A stretch of 64,000 bases of DNA from Octopus vulgaris (GCA_951406725.2 OX597825.1:35340001-35404000); one strand, 5' to 3'; positions 23,915-38,357 are shown, counted from the first letter of the stretch. The notes: generated from the sequence alone by a model not told the origin. Translations and numbers: made by a program.

Positions 23915-24030
23915 AGGCGTTGCTCTGTGGTAAGAAGTCTGTTTTCCATCCTCATGGTTCCTGGCTCAGTCTCACTGCGTAGCGCCTTGAGCAGGTGTCT
24001 TGTGCTATAACCTCGTGCCTATCAAAGTAT
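23915..24030 (+). mobile_element. SINE family A head fragment
   Basis: CAGGCGTTGCTCTGTGGTAAGAAG...CCTTGAGCAGGTGTCTT. Confidence 0.7.
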
Positions 24031-24780
24031 CTTGAAGAACAGGTTATTCACGATTATGTGATACTCAAATAGTACTGGCAAGCTCGCTTGTTACTCTACG
24101 CTGATGAAACATTTCAAAAATTAATTCACTTCTGACATCTGAAAATGGCAAAGGAAAAGATATTCAGAGAAAATTACAACGCATAGATCTATGCATGTGG
24201 CTTGTCAAAAGTCACTCTCGGAATATTGGTAGAGTGAAATTTCACATTTCAATAAGGAAATTAATATCCTAGTGCTGTAATATATATTATTTTTAGTTAC
24301 TAAAACTGAAGAAGCATAAAGGACACAGACGGCAGCAATAACAGAACATTCTACTTCGTATATAGGATTAATAAAATACGATAAACAATAATTTTCTACA
24401 CTATTTCTGTATTTTAAACTTTCCCTAAGTTATTTCAAGCTTTACATGAGAAATATATCAGTAAATTTTTATGTTTGATTTCGAATACAGCTCCAAGTCA
24501 AAATGGCTGTTAACCATAGCGATGAGCTATTAGGCAATATATGCTTTGCAAGGTATGGTTAGAGCCCTTTACATTTTGAAATCAAACCTCGCCAAGGTCG
24601 AATTAACTACTTTTTATCCTTTCAAAGTCAATTTAAGTAAAGTCGGCTACTTAGAGGCAAGGGTTCGATATAATCGAGTATTCAATCACTTATCCATTAA
24701 AATGAATAACACTGGTTACTCGTTCCTGCAGCTGATCAAAGTAAAGTTTCATACATACCAATAACCAGTATGGATAAATA

Positions 24781-24781
24781 T

Positions 24782-24860
<79 letters not shown>

Positions 24861-24879
24861 CCGCAGCAGCAGCAGCTGC

Positions 24880-24914
<35 letters not shown>

Positions 24915-24930
24915 CAGCAGCAGCAGCAGC
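24781..24930. repeat. (TAG)n/(CAG)n compound microsatellite
   Basis: Seen directly in the sequence. Confidence 0.95.
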
Positions 24931-25311
24931 CGTTCAAGAATTTGGACCTGGAGATCTCCATTTCCAGCGACTTCGAGGGCCACCTCCCAGTGGTGTCGGG
25001 CGTCAACGAAGAGCCCTCGACTACAACAAGACGACCAAAGTTGTTTTTTTTTTCCAAGGTCAGGGGTCTCCCGCCCCTAAGCCCTAGACCATCACCTAAT
25101 CACCCTTACTCGTCTTGTTGCTTAACAACAACAACAACAACAACAACACCAGCAGCCTCTGTACAGGTACTCAGGGACAGCGACGTTTTATGCTCGGAGA
25201 TGTCCTTTGCCTCGTCGGGAAGCTTTCCAAGTCTACCGAACCCAGACCTCTTGCACCCCTATGTATGTATGTATGTATGTATGTATGTATGTATGTATGT
25301 ATGTATGTATG

Positions 25312-25372
<61 letters not shown>

Positions 25373-25468
25373 GTCTGTTTGTCTGTCTGTCTATCTATCC
25401 ATCTATCTATTTATATATCTATCTATATATCTGCCTGTTTGTCTATATATATATATATGTATATATAT

Positions 25469-25528
<60 letters not shown>

Positions 25529-25966
25529 CTAGTTAAGTGGTTCGACTTACGTCATTTCCTAAGATACGTCGGTCTTTCTAAAATATTAAATAAGTATTAA
25601 ATACAGTATTAATAACATTAATAACATTCATACTATACTGTACTGTTAGTTCTGGGTTGTATCGATTGGTTACGTTCGTATTCGTCTCCAGGAAATAAAT
25701 AAAAAGCAAAAGAAACATATAATCTGTATAGCATATTAAAATTAATGTTAAAATCCAGTATGCATCATAAAAAATTAAAATTCATTTTAAAACAAAGACC
25801 ATAGAAGTTACAGTTTAACGGCAATATAAATCAGAACAAGTGTACTGGTTCAGATATTTTCCAATAGGTGGCATTCGTGCTCCAGCCACGAGCTTTTCTT
25901 ATGTGTTCACGTCGACAGTGCTGTAAAATTTTGTACAATTATTTTTGTGATTTACATTTTAGTCCC

Positions 25967-27560
25967 ATGGCTCAGAAGATGAATCCCAGTGAAAGTGGTA
26001 AACGTAAAGCCATTTTGTTGGAAGATAAAGTGGATATGATAAAACGATATTTAAAAGGTGAAAAGATTATAGCCATTGCACGATCGTTTGGGATGAGCCG
26101 TACGGCTGTATCAACGATTGTGTACGATAGAGATAGGATTATAGTACATGTAAAAGATGATGGTTGCAAGGATGACAAACACCATCATCAAGAAGAGAGG
26201 AGGAATCTACGAAGAGATGGAGTAACTTCATGCCCTTTGCGCTGAAAGGCAGAATCGTTAGCAAGCAAATTGTAGTCAGGAAATAATTCAGAAGAAACCA
26301 TTGTCTTTGCTTGAAGGTTTTAAAAAGAAATATCCAGATGAGAAAGACGTAGAATTTAAAGAAAGTTGGGGATGGTTTATGAGGTTTAAGCAGCGGCAGG
26401 ATTGCACTCTCCCTAAAAATAAGGTGAAGACGAATCAGCTGACGATGTTGCTGCAGCGGAATTTCCTGCTACTTTACCGAAGATTATTGAAGATAATGGA
26501 TTTCTAACCGAACAAATTTCTGGCTACAAAGTATCAAAAGAATGTTGGACCTTAATGTTGAGAGGCAATTGTGCAGGTGACTGTAAGCTAAAACCGCAGC
26601 TTGTGTATCATGTGCCGAACCGCTGAGTTCTTAAGAACATACCCAAGGATTCTCTTCTTGTAATATGGATGACCAATTCAAAGGCTTGGGTCACAGTCAT
26701 TATTTTTGAAGAATGGCTTTTTCGATCATTTTGTTCCTGAAGCAGAAATGTACCGTAAGGCTAAAGGGATTCCTTTTAAAATTCTTATTGTCTTAGATAA
26801 CGCTCCTGGCCTCTCGAAAAACATCGGAAATTTTCATCCCAAAGTCACCGTTATCTTCCTCTCTCCTAACACTACTTCGCTACTGCAACCAATGGACCAG
26901 GGGATAATTGCTATCTTTAAGTGCTATTATATGAAGCTTACATTACGCCAAGCAATATCTGCAACTGACGTCGACGGAAACATCACAGTCCGTAACTTTT
27001 TGAAAAGTTACATCTACAAAGCCATAGTGACCATGACAGCTGCGTGGAATGAGATGACGATCACGGCTATGAATGGGGTGTGGAAGAAGCCGTGCCCATT
27101 ATTTGCCAATGTCTTTAAGGGCTTTAACAGTGTTAAAGTGAACAAGACCGTGATGCAGTTGAGCAATGAACTGGAAATGGAGTTGGAAGAACAGGATTTT
27201 AATGAATTAATTAAGAAAGATAAATAGCCCCTGACAGCAAAGAGTTGATGGAACTTCATGAACAACAGGAAAAAGAAGAAAAGCCTGATCCTGAGCCTCG
27301 TCGTCTTACTTTGAAGAAAATGCAAGAGGCTTTTTCTCATTTAGATAAGTGTCTTGCTTTATTTGAGGAAATGGATCCCAATGCACAACGTTTTGTAAAA
27401 ATACTGGGCGGGTTGCCAAGATACTATTGCACCTTATTACTTAGTCCTTGAAGAGAAGAAAAAGATAATTCAAGGAACTTTAGACAAGTTCGCACAGCGG
27501 TCTACACCATCACAAGAGGAGTCAGCTGACGACCCTCAGCCATCGACATCTAGTGTGTAA
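25967..27560 (+). pseudogene. Tigger/pogo-family transposase pseudogene (element about 25530-27810)
   Basis: N-terminal HTH KRKAILLEDKVDMIKRY...IARSFGMSRTAVSTI, CENP-B-type SWGWFMRFK, and DDE_1 motifs ILIVLDNAPG and FLSPNTTSLLQPMDQGII. Many stops and frameshifts. TTCGACTTA subterminal motifs lie near both ends. Confidence 0.92.
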
Positions 27561-27877
27561 TCTCCGCCTCCTCCTGCAGGTAACACCGATGTCAATCATC
27601 AGGTAGGCAACGGTACAGTATTTGAAATGATTTCTTTCTCATATAAAAGCAGCCTAGGCTTGCATGCCTAACAATTTACGGAATTCGTAGGCTAACATAA
27701 AAACAACCTAGGCTAGCTTAGGTTTGAACTATTACATGTATATACATTTAAATAATGGTTATTTCGACTTAAGTCGTGTCCTCTGGAACCAATTAAGACA
27801 AAATCAAAATCCTTTTTCTCAATATACAATATATGTATACCACTTCAAACACACACGCACACACACTCTCTCTCTAC

Positions 27878-27956
<79 letters not shown>

Positions 27957-28096
27957 TGTATGTATGTATGTATGTATGTATGTATATATATATATATGTA
28001 TGTATGTATGTATGCGTCCTCGTACTTAACAGTTCGGCAAATAAAACCTATAGAATAAATATCAGGCTTAAAAATAAATAAGTACTGGGGTCGATT

Positions 28097-28229
<133 letters not shown>

Positions 28230-28566
28230 AATTAAATGAAGCGACCGTGTTAACACAAGAATTACTTTGAACCTGTTTCACACCGTTATCACCATTTCTG
28301 ATGCAGCATTTATTACGAGTGAAATAATTTGAAAACGGTTAACTTGTCTGGGAATAACGGCAGCCGGTAACAAATAATTCCAGGAACGAGATTTTCACAC
28401 CAACTTATTTCTCGCCTAGTCACACACACAAGCACAGAAATACTCTATCTCGATCTTTGTCTCTCTTTCACCCACTTTTATATATGCCTCTCCCAAACAC
28501 AAACAAACATACATTTATGTACATACACATACACACAGAGATTAAAAACCCAATGGCACAGTATTC

Positions 28567-28597
<31 letters not shown>

Positions 28598-29426
28598 TGT
28601 ATGTATGTATGTATGCATGCATGCATGTAAATATGTATGCATCTACGCATGCATGCATGTATGTATGTATCTATGTATGTATGTATACAGATACGCTTTC
28701 AAAGGCCTAGTAATACAAACATACATACATAAATACACACCGACACACACAAATTCAAAAGTTCCTGGCACCAAAATCTTGGACTGATCAGCATGATCAC
28801 GTCTTTTAAATCTGCTATGGGGAAATGTGTGCCACCTGACAGCTGATGTAATCCTGTCATCCTCCAGCTATCATATTCTGGATGTACCGATAGAATTAAT
28901 GCACTTATTAAAAGCATGGTACATACTACGAAGTGATACTCAATTCCAAGTTACAACCACAGTGTGTATGTATGAGTATACATATATATATACCTGCATA
29001 GTAGACAAACATGCATAGCAAATTTAACTATTTCTCCGTAAAAACTGAAGTATAATGAACTACCTTGATAGACTTCTGAACTTTATAAGTATTTCATTTG
29101 AGGTGTCTGTGCCAGTTGCCTGATACCACAGAAATTGTCAATTTGTTTATGTTCACTACAAATCTGGTAGATTCAGAGGACTGGATTTATTAATTTGTAT
29201 TCCATACGCATTTAACAATTTACATAATTCCAGCGGCCTGTCAATGGGGATCTCAGTTGTGAAGACAGCTTAGAATGTCAGGTAAATACCTATTACAAGA
29301 CAGTAAGCCTCTCTGTAGAGGCTTGCTGCCCACTTTTTTCCGACTTCTAAAGGATATTTACTAAATTCTCTGTAGAATACCGACACACGCGGTGCTTATA
29401 TGTTTTTTTGATATATAATATATAAT

Positions 29427-29675
29427 AAATGCGCCCTTTTAAAGCCTAGCCAGGCTCATGGGCCCGGTTTCCCGGTTTCAATGGCGTATGTGTTCCCCAG
29501 CTGGACGGGACACCAGTCCATCGCAGCGTTACTCATTTTTGCCAGCTGAGTGGACTGGAGCAACGTGAAATGAAGTGTTTCGCTCAAGAACACAACGCGT
29601 CGCCCGGTCCAAGAATCGAAACCACAATCTTACGATCATGATGCTGTCACCTTAACCACTAAGCCACATACCTCC
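29427..29675 (-). mobile_element. tRNA-headed SINE (CORE-like middle, distinct tail)
   Basis: A-box TGGCTTAGTGGTTAAG, B-box GGTTTCGATTC, then TTCTTGAGCGAAACACTTCATTTCACGTTGCTCCAGTCCACTCAGCTG and GATGGACTGGTGTCCCGTCCAG. Confidence 0.85.
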
Positions 29676-29762
29676 ACAAACACACACACACACACACACA
29701 TGTATGTATGTATGTATGTATGTATGTATGTATGTATGTATGTATGTATGTATGTATGTGTA

Positions 29763-29796
<34 letters not shown>

Positions 29797-31449
29797 CGAA
29801 AATAGCATTCACGAGAATGTTTATCCCAACCACTACAATTGCTTCGACTCACCCAGCATCTGTACCTGACAGATGAGATGCTGTAAATGCATTATTTTGC
29901 ATCACAGATACAGATTGCGTTCCCTCAGTTGTTTTTTTAAACAAGTTTCTCGTTCTTTCTCTCTAATTCACTGAGATCTATTAAGATATACATTTGGGTA
30001 GGCTTCTATATTGTAGCAGTTTTCATAAGGAACTGAGAGATGACAGCCTCTTCTACATATGTATATGTACATATGTGTGTGTGTGTATATATATGTGTCA
30101 CGTATGCTTGGACAACCTATCATCATCCACTTCAACACGACTGGCCATTCCATCACTCACTCATCAGTATGCGGATCTACCGCATACCATGGATCCACAT
30201 TGACAAAGAAATAAAGGGAATAAAGTTTCCTATTTGAACTTGGCACCATGTCACCGACAGGTTTAAACAAACGTTTGTTTTCCTTCTCCTCCAACACTTA
30301 GTTCATTAATTCCTTTCTTATTCTTCAACTCCGCTCTTGTTTCATCGTTTCTCTTTGTCTCACTCTCAAGTTTGCCTGCTTCTGCTTATTCCATTATTCC
30401 TTCCTTCTTCCTTCTTACACTGTTTCTCCTACCAATTCTTGGTTCTGCGTTATTTATCAGCTGCACCCATTTATTATATTTTTTTACTTGGAGGATGTAC
30501 AACTCTGTTGTCTCTCATTTTAATTTCTCACTTTTCAAATTTTCCCTGAAGAAAGAAACAGTCCAAAACGTTAGATTTTCCGCTCTGCAAGGCATTTACG
30601 CCAATCTTTTTATTGGTTTTAGTATAGACGTTCATACATACATACATACATACATACATACATACATACATACATACATACATACATACATACATACAGA
30701 CAGACAGACAGACACACACACACACACACGCAGACACACACACACACACTCTCTGTCTCTCACACACACACATATATATATGCATACACATATGTACATA
30801 TATATGCATGATATATGTATATACATGCATATTTATATACATATGTACGTAATGTCTTATTGTGTGTACACACACGCATATACACGCACATACGTATGCA
30901 CACATATATACTCAAGACTGGATTTAAACCATAGGGATCCGGGACACTTCAATTTCAGTGGACCCTTCATACACAAGAATTACCAAATTTAAATATCTAT
31001 TTGTATGTAATTGAATTTGACGAGTTAGCAGACACAGTTTAATTAAACTGAAAATGTCGCTTTATTCAAATTAAATGTTTTTCTCCCTTATCCACTTAAT
31101 AAAACCTTTAATTACCATTTCTCCTCGGCCCTGTCGTGGAACGTAGCTCTCTTACAGGGAAGATACTCTGGCATAAAAATAATACCAGTTATCAATGCTT
31201 GTTACTGGGACATTCATGGCGAGAGAGAGAATGGTTAAAGTGTTGAACAAGCTTTTGTCTCTTAAATCCAAAGACATTGAACCGTCTCACTATCCTTTCA
31301 TTTCTTGATCCTCTTTTGTATTCTATAAAATCCTATGGAGATGGATATCTGTGTATATGCAAGGATGAAAGTAAATCAGTACAATCAGGATTAATGTGAG
31401 ACGACTATTATCTGACAAGATGTGGCAATCATCACATTATATTACTTGC

Positions 31450-32100
31450 TAAACTTCTGGAATGTGCAACATAATTTCAGTTCCATTAATAGCATGTAAT
31501 TGTAATTTTCTAGCCGTTTCCTTACTGGCTTTGTGAAGCCCAGTTTCTCAAGATTGTTACAGCAGCAGTTAATTACCTAATTTGCCCTAGTTATCACAAA
31601 TGCATGCAGTCCTGATGTAATATCTGCCGATTATTCATTAGTTCGCCATAGATTTTTTTCTTTTATCTTCAACATTATGTTCATGTCTGCTGGACAATTG
31701 ATTTCTATTACTTTGTACAATATTTTTCTCTGTCTCAGATCATTACGTCTGATCAGTTGCGCAACCATTTTACACAAGTTTTGACAGGAACAGTCTCTGA
31801 TTACGCTTTCATATTATTAGTGATTATTGGCCACTACAACACTAAATTTTTATATTTTGGTCTCCAGGACTATACTTTCTAGGACATGAAGTCTATACAG
31901 TTGGATTTTGGCCACTACATCCTGTCTCGTAGATAAGTATAATCGTTAACACATTTTCGGATAGTGGCTTTTATGTGAATCCCGCCTTCGGTGGCAACCA
32001 AACAGTCAATCCAGGTTATCACATCTAAATGTTTTACCTGTATTCTTATTTGTCTTCTAAATTGGATATTGTTATTTTCTATTCTTCAATGTGAGAGATA
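31450..32100 (-). mobile_element. Decayed R4/Dong-type RLE C-terminal fragment (subfamily 2)
   Basis: Manual translation gives RQDVVAK, VPVKTCVK, IEINCPADMN and NLEKLGF, parallel to 63240-63545. Confidence 0.65.
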
Positions 32101-32634
32101 ATATATAGGGTATATAATTTTTCATTTCTGACTAAAAGAAAAAAACTGAATTATACCTATAATGTTTGCATTTGGCGGAAATCTTGATAACAAAGCTCCA
32201 TCGATAAAGAACCAGTTCAGGGCAGAATCATAAGAGCTTTGCACAAAATGTCTTACAGTATTTCTGCTAACTCTTTACGCTGTGAGTTCAAATCCAGCTG
32301 ATGCAAACTTTGCCGTTCATTCCTCCAGAACCGAGAAAATATAATACCGATCCAGAGAAGTAAATTAATAGAATTATTAGAGCCGTATTGGTTCCAGTTT
32401 ATTATTTTCTGATAGTGTGCTGGCAGGTGTAGCGAACTTATCTGTATTTAGCCAACAAGATAAAGTCAAATAAAAAATATATTCGAAGAAAGGCAATAAG
32501 TAACCATCTTTATATTCTCCCACGAAAATTCCATCACAGACACACAGAGTTTGTCAAAGACGACTCAGAAATGAAAGATTCTGCTAAAGACACTGAAGGA
32601 TCCAGTGGTAGCCGTACTAAACTGAGCAATGTAT

Positions 32635-33540
32635 TACGATGATAGACTGAAAACTTCATAGGCTGATTAGGAAGGAGTGATACTAGAGCATACGTTCATT
32701 CCAACTCTTCGTATTAATCTCTGCAATGTTTCTTTTTTCATGTAGAAGACTTCAAAATTTACGAGCAGCTTCTTCATTTGAAAATAGACAAAATTCGACT
32801 TCGTAGTGTTATCAAGTAGCAGCAGAAAAAGGGTTTAAGCCCCCAAGGACATTCATGCTGACATGGTTGCTGCATTAGTGAGAAGGCGCTCCAGGTTTAT
32901 CAACAGTGCAAATGCGAGCAGCTAAATTCAGGAGGGGAAGGAAGAGCCTTGAAGATGACCCAAGGTCTGGATGTCCTGAAACTACTACCAGCGAGGAAAA
33001 CGTCGATCGTGTTCAAAATATAGTGACGGATGACAGGCGATTGACTATACATCAAATAGTCAATGCTATTGGCATATCTCGTGAAACAGTTGAGAATAGT
33101 CTACTCAATGAACTTAGCATGACAAAGGCTTCTGCTCGGTGGGTGACACCTGACCAAAAGTATACCGGGTTAATCACATCACGGGAAAATCTGACACTGT
33201 TTGAGGCAGATCAAGCTGGTTTCCTTGACAGTTTCCTAAGCCAGGGTGACTGTTGGGTTCATCACTTTGAGCCAGAGACAAAGTGATAATCCTTGCAGTG
33301 GAAACACTTCTCCTCACCTGCTCCAAATGCTGCCAAGTCGTTTCATCTGCAGGGATGGTAATGACCTCAGTATTTTTGCGATGCAAAGGCATTGATTTTA
33401 TTGACCAACTTCTAAAGCGCCACACCATCAATGGAAAGAACTATATCAATTTACTGAAGCAGTTACGAATGGCTATCAGGACTAAACGTCCATCAAAACT
33501 GACGAAAAGGGTCTTGTTTCATCAGGACAATGCTCTATCA
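32635..33540 (+). mobile_element. Mariner transposon, 3'-truncated pseudogene
   Basis: TIR-like TACGATGATAGACTGAAAACTTCATAGGCTGA; FRRGRKSLEDDPRSGCP, DRRLTI..I, ARWV, WVHHFEPETK, VLFHQDNA. It ends at a SINE. Confidence 0.92.
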
Positions 33541-33711
33541 GCTTAGCAGTATTTCGTCCGTCTTTAAAGTCTGAATTCAAATTCTGCCGAGGTTGACTTT
33601 ACTTTTCATCTTTCCGGGGTCTATAAAATAATACCATCTGGTCGCTGCGGTCGACGTGATTGAATAGTCGTGCGTCCCGAAATTTCAGGCCCTGTGCCTA
33701 TAGTATAAAGG
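33541..33711 (+). mobile_element. SINE family B (5'-truncated)
   Basis: GCTTAGCAGTATTTCGTCCG...GAGGTTGACTTT core; the tail runs into (TAA)n. Confidence 0.85.
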
Positions 33712-33960
<249 letters not shown>

Positions 33961-34080
33961 CGGGGACATTTAAGAGAGAACAGACCGGGGACATTTAAGA
34001 GAAAACAGACCGAGGACATTTAAGAGAGAACACCGGGGACGTTTAAGAGAGAACACCGGGGACGTTTAAGATGTGAGAAC
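33961..34080 (+). repeat. Five tandem 23-25-bp repeats at the LINE 5' end
   Basis: CGGGGAC(A/G)TTTAAGAGAGAACA(GA)C units start at 33961, 33986, 34011, 34034 and 34057. Confidence 0.95.
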
Positions 34081-37000
34081 GATAAAACAGCGCTCCGAAA
34101 TCTATCCACAAACATCGAAAACAAAGACATCGTATCTTGTTTTTAGCAAAGGATTGGACTATATCCGAGTAAGTAATACTCATTGAAATTATTACTATTT
34201 TCCAAACGAAATGGTGTATTTTAACTCGATATCATCTCCACCTCTAACACAATACAAGTAAACATGCGTGAAACATTACGATCCATCAACACCAGATCAT
34301 CTCCGACCCCAAACACCATGTACAAAAAAACTACAAAGAAATTAAATAACACCGATAATATTCAACCCAAGAATAACAATCGGGAAGTATGTACTTTAAA
34401 CTTACAACATAAAATGTACGAAAAACTACACGTGCAAAACAATGTGACAACAGAAATAAACGGACCGGTACCCTACGAAAATGACGACCGTTAAAATAAT
34501 GGGCCGGACGTTGTTCCTCATGTCCCGCAAATAAAACCCAAAAGACATAAATGGACACGTGAGGAATACATTTCTATCCTACACGCTTACTTTACAGCAG
34601 TGCTCTATCCAAAGAATGAAAACACAACAACACATACATATAAAATATGGAAGGAAAATAACATAAATATAGACTTGGACACAGCAATGAACCCTAATAA
34701 ACTAGCTAACGTACGAAGATACATTCTCAACGCAAAAAATATCAGAAATAGAAATAGAACATCTAAAAGAAAAAATACATCAGGAAAATGTAGATAGAAG
34801 CCACACAACAATGCCCAATAATATAAACACTGAAACAGTAAAACACGAAGCCAAACGTAACATTTCCAACAAAAACAATGTAAACAAAAAACAACAAACC
34901 CAGACCGTAAGGATGCATAATAATACACGACAAACAGCAAGCCAAAACACGACAAACAAACATACAAATAAGAAAGAAAGTGACACAAATCTAAAACCTG
35001 GAAACAACGAAGGGGAGCCTAATGATTATGAGACTATAAAAAGTAGAATAATCAAAGAACTGAAAACCACAGAACTCAAAATGGACCACCGACCATACCT
35101 CCCAAAAATCAAAATAGACGAAACAACAACACCAATTATAAACAGCATAAACCTAGCCGTCACGGAACTAATGCCACTGAAACAAAAAGCGATATCACTG
35201 AGCTAAATGACTTAGTATACGCAGCAGCCACTGCAGCCACAAAAGAAGCTGGATACTCACTCAAACCCATCCAAACAGGAGTACCACCACCCAAACAAAC
35301 CCTGTGGATAAATAACATCCAAAGCAAAATACAAAAAATGAGAAACGATCTGTCGATTCTTAATGAAGTCAGGAGACAACCAACGCTTCTGAGCAACAAA
35401 AAGAAAACAAAAATACTCCGCAAATACAACATCACAGAAAAAGATTTACCTGAGATAAAAGAAAAGCAAAAGCAAGATATCCTTGCCAAAGCACAAAGGA
35501 TCCGCCGGTACGAGAATCGCCAACGTTTCTTTGAATAAAACAAAAAGTTCAACTCCAACTCCAAAAAGTTCTACCAAGAACTTGACAAAAATAAAATAGA
35601 AATCACTGCAGCACCAACGGCAGAAGAAGTGGAAGAATTCTGGAGAGAAATATGGTCGGCGAACGAACAACCAAAAAAAAGGGGTATTAAAACAACAAAC
35701 TCAGCATCTGAGCAACTTTGGACCCCCATAACAACTGAAGAGGTCACCCAGGCACTGCAAAGACTAAGCAACTGGAAAGCACCTGGGCATGACAAGATCC
35801 CCAACTTCTGGTTGAAATATCTAACAGGAATGCACAAAAAGCTGGCTGAAAACTTTAACAACATACTAGCAGAGCCAGAGACAATGCCTGAATGGCTCAC
35901 GAAGGGGAAAACCATCTTAATTCCCAAATCAAATGAGACAGCAAAACCAGAAAACTACAGACCTATAACCTGTCTCCTTATAATGTACAGCAGTAATATC
36001 GCAAAGATTGAACAAGCACCTGGACGAAAACAACCTGCTTCCAGAAGAGCAGAAAGGATGCCGCAAAGGCTCATATGGCTGTAAAGATCAACTAATGATC
36101 AATAAAGCCATAACTGAAGACAGCCACAGAAAGAAGAAAGGCCTCTGTATGGCCTAGATCGACTACAAAAAGGCGTTTGATAGCATCCCCCACACATGGA
36201 TCCTCGAAACACTAGCCATTAACAAAGTAGCACCAACAATTATAAAATACATAGGACACTCTATGAATAAATGGCAAACAGTGCTACAGCTCCAAACAAA
36301 AGACGCACTCATGAAAACCAAAGCCATCCCCATTAGAAGAGGAATATTCCAGGGAGACACGCTCTCTCCACTCCTTTTCTGCTTGGCACTGTCACCTCTA
36401 TCTGATATGCTAAATAGAACTAGATGCGGATATAAATGTTACGGCAAAACGATCAGCCACCTTTTATATATGGATGACCTAAAACTATACGCTGCAAATG
36501 ACAAACAGCTGGAAACACTATTAAAGACAGTTCATGGATTTACCAAAGAAATAGATATGAAATTTGGATTAGAAAAATGCGCCAAAGTAACCCTGAAAAG
36601 AGGAAAACTAGTTAAGAGTAGCAACATCACACTAGATAAAACCAATGAAATAAAAGAATTAGACCATAGCCAAACTTACAAATACTTAGGAATCCATGAA
36701 CTAGATAAGACACAACACACACAAATGAAAGAGAAAATAAAAAAAAGAATATTATAGACGAATTAGATCAATACTAAAAACAGAGCTCAATGCTAAAAAC
36801 AAGATAATAGGTATTAAAACTTTAGCTGTCCCAGTTATAAGTTACAGCTACAATATCCTTAACTGGACACTAAATGAACTGACCAAAATAGATAGGAAAA
36901 CAAGAAAAATAATGACAGGATCTAGGATGCATCACCCAAAATCTGACATAGAAAGACTATATATACAACGTATAGAAGGTGGTAGAGGCCTTATACAGCT

Positions 37001-38169
37001 GGAAAACTACTATAAAATAGCCACCATAGGACTGCAAAAATATCTACTTCAGAAGGAAGGAAAGCTGATACAAATAGCGGCAAAACACGAGCAAAACAAA
37101 AAACTGTCCTCAGTATTTAAGGAAGCTGACAAATACAAACAAGAAATCATACCACCTAACAAAGAAGAAGAAGAAGAAGAAGAAGAAGAAGAAGAAGAAG
37201 AAGAAGAAGAAGAAGAAGAAGAAGAAGAAGAAGAAACAACAAAAGCTATAAAACAAATGAAATCCAAACTAAAACTAGAACAACAAAGAACCATGATAAA
37301 ACGATGGCAAGAAAAGCCCCTTCATGGTAAATACTGGACTAATCTAAATGCAAAAGAAATAGACAAAGAAAAATCCCAGCAATGGTTGAGAAGCTCAGGA
37401 CTCAAAGCAGAGACAGAGGGATTTTTAATTGCAGCACAAGACCAAAGCCTCCCCACCAGAAATTACCAAAAACATGTAATGAAAAGAAATATAACAAGTA
37501 ACTGCAGAATATGTGGAGATGGACAAGAAACAATAAATCATATTATCTCTGGCTGGCCAGTCCTGGCTAAGAAGGAATATATTCACAGACATGACAGAGT
37601 TGGGACCTACATACACTGGAAGCTATGCCAACATTATGGAATAACAACAGAAAAAAGATGGTATAGGCACACACCAGAAAAGGTCACAGAAAACGAGAAA
37701 GCAACCATACTCTGGGATATGCCGATACACACAGATAGAGAAATTAAGGCCAACAGACCAGATATAGTTGTCAGAGATCATGAAGAAAAAAATGCTTTCT
37801 AATTAAGGTATCAATACCAGCAGATGACAACGTGTCTCTAAAAGAAATGGAGAAACTTTCAAAATACAAAGACCTGGAAATAGAGGTAACCAGAATGTGG
37901 AATCTAAAAACAGAAACAATTCCTATCATAGTAGGTGCATTAGGCATGATAAACAAATATTCAGACAAATACATAACAAAAACACCAGGACTTACAAACA
38001 CATATAACATACAGAAAATTGCACTACTAGGCACTGCACACATCCTACACAGAACACCTTCCATACAATAACCATCAGAGCATCACAACAAATCACAACA
38101 CATACCCAAGGCACACAGAGCTGCGCTCGGTAGTGAAGTGAAAGCACGCTATAAAAATAAAACTACGGA
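33961..38169 (+). mobile_element. Near full-length R4/Dong-clade RLE non-LTR retrotransposon (disrupted single ORF, about 34264-38071)
   Basis: Myb-like HKWTREE; RT motifs NWKAPGHD, NYRPITCL, IDYKKAFD, GIFQGDTLSP and YMDDLKLY; GGRGL; CRIC..ETINHIISG(W); RHD; ILWD; NRPDIVV; ALLGTAHIL. (TAA)n on both flanks. Several stops and frameshifts. Confidence 0.95.
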
Positions 38170-38199
38170 ATAATAATAATTATAATAATAATAATAATC

Positions 38200-38355
38200 A
38201 TAGTCGTCGAACAGTATACAATATCGCGAGGTTGTTGATTGAAGATATTGTGTCCACTGGGGGTTTGCACTGTTTGTCAAGTCACAACAAGGATGTCAGA
38301 CGGACAGTATTGTTATGCAATATGTGTGCAGTTCCAAGTAATGCCGACTTTTGGA

Positions 38356-38357
<2 letters not shown>
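38200..38357 (-). mobile_element. 3'-terminal fragment of a Dong-type LINE
   Basis: Encodes QKSALLGTAHIL plus a 3' UTR; lies between TAA/TTA arrays. Confidence 0.8.

Noticed and set aside
25967-27560. Domesticated TIGD/CENP-B-like host gene
   Set aside because: Multiple stops, frameshifts and an internal deletion.
32780-33546. SETMAR-like gene
   Set aside because: Transposase only, no SET domain, disrupted and truncated by a SINE.
33961-34080. CRISPR-like short repeats
   Set aside because: The units are contiguous with no unique spacers, there are no cas genes, and the context is a eukaryotic LINE 5' end.
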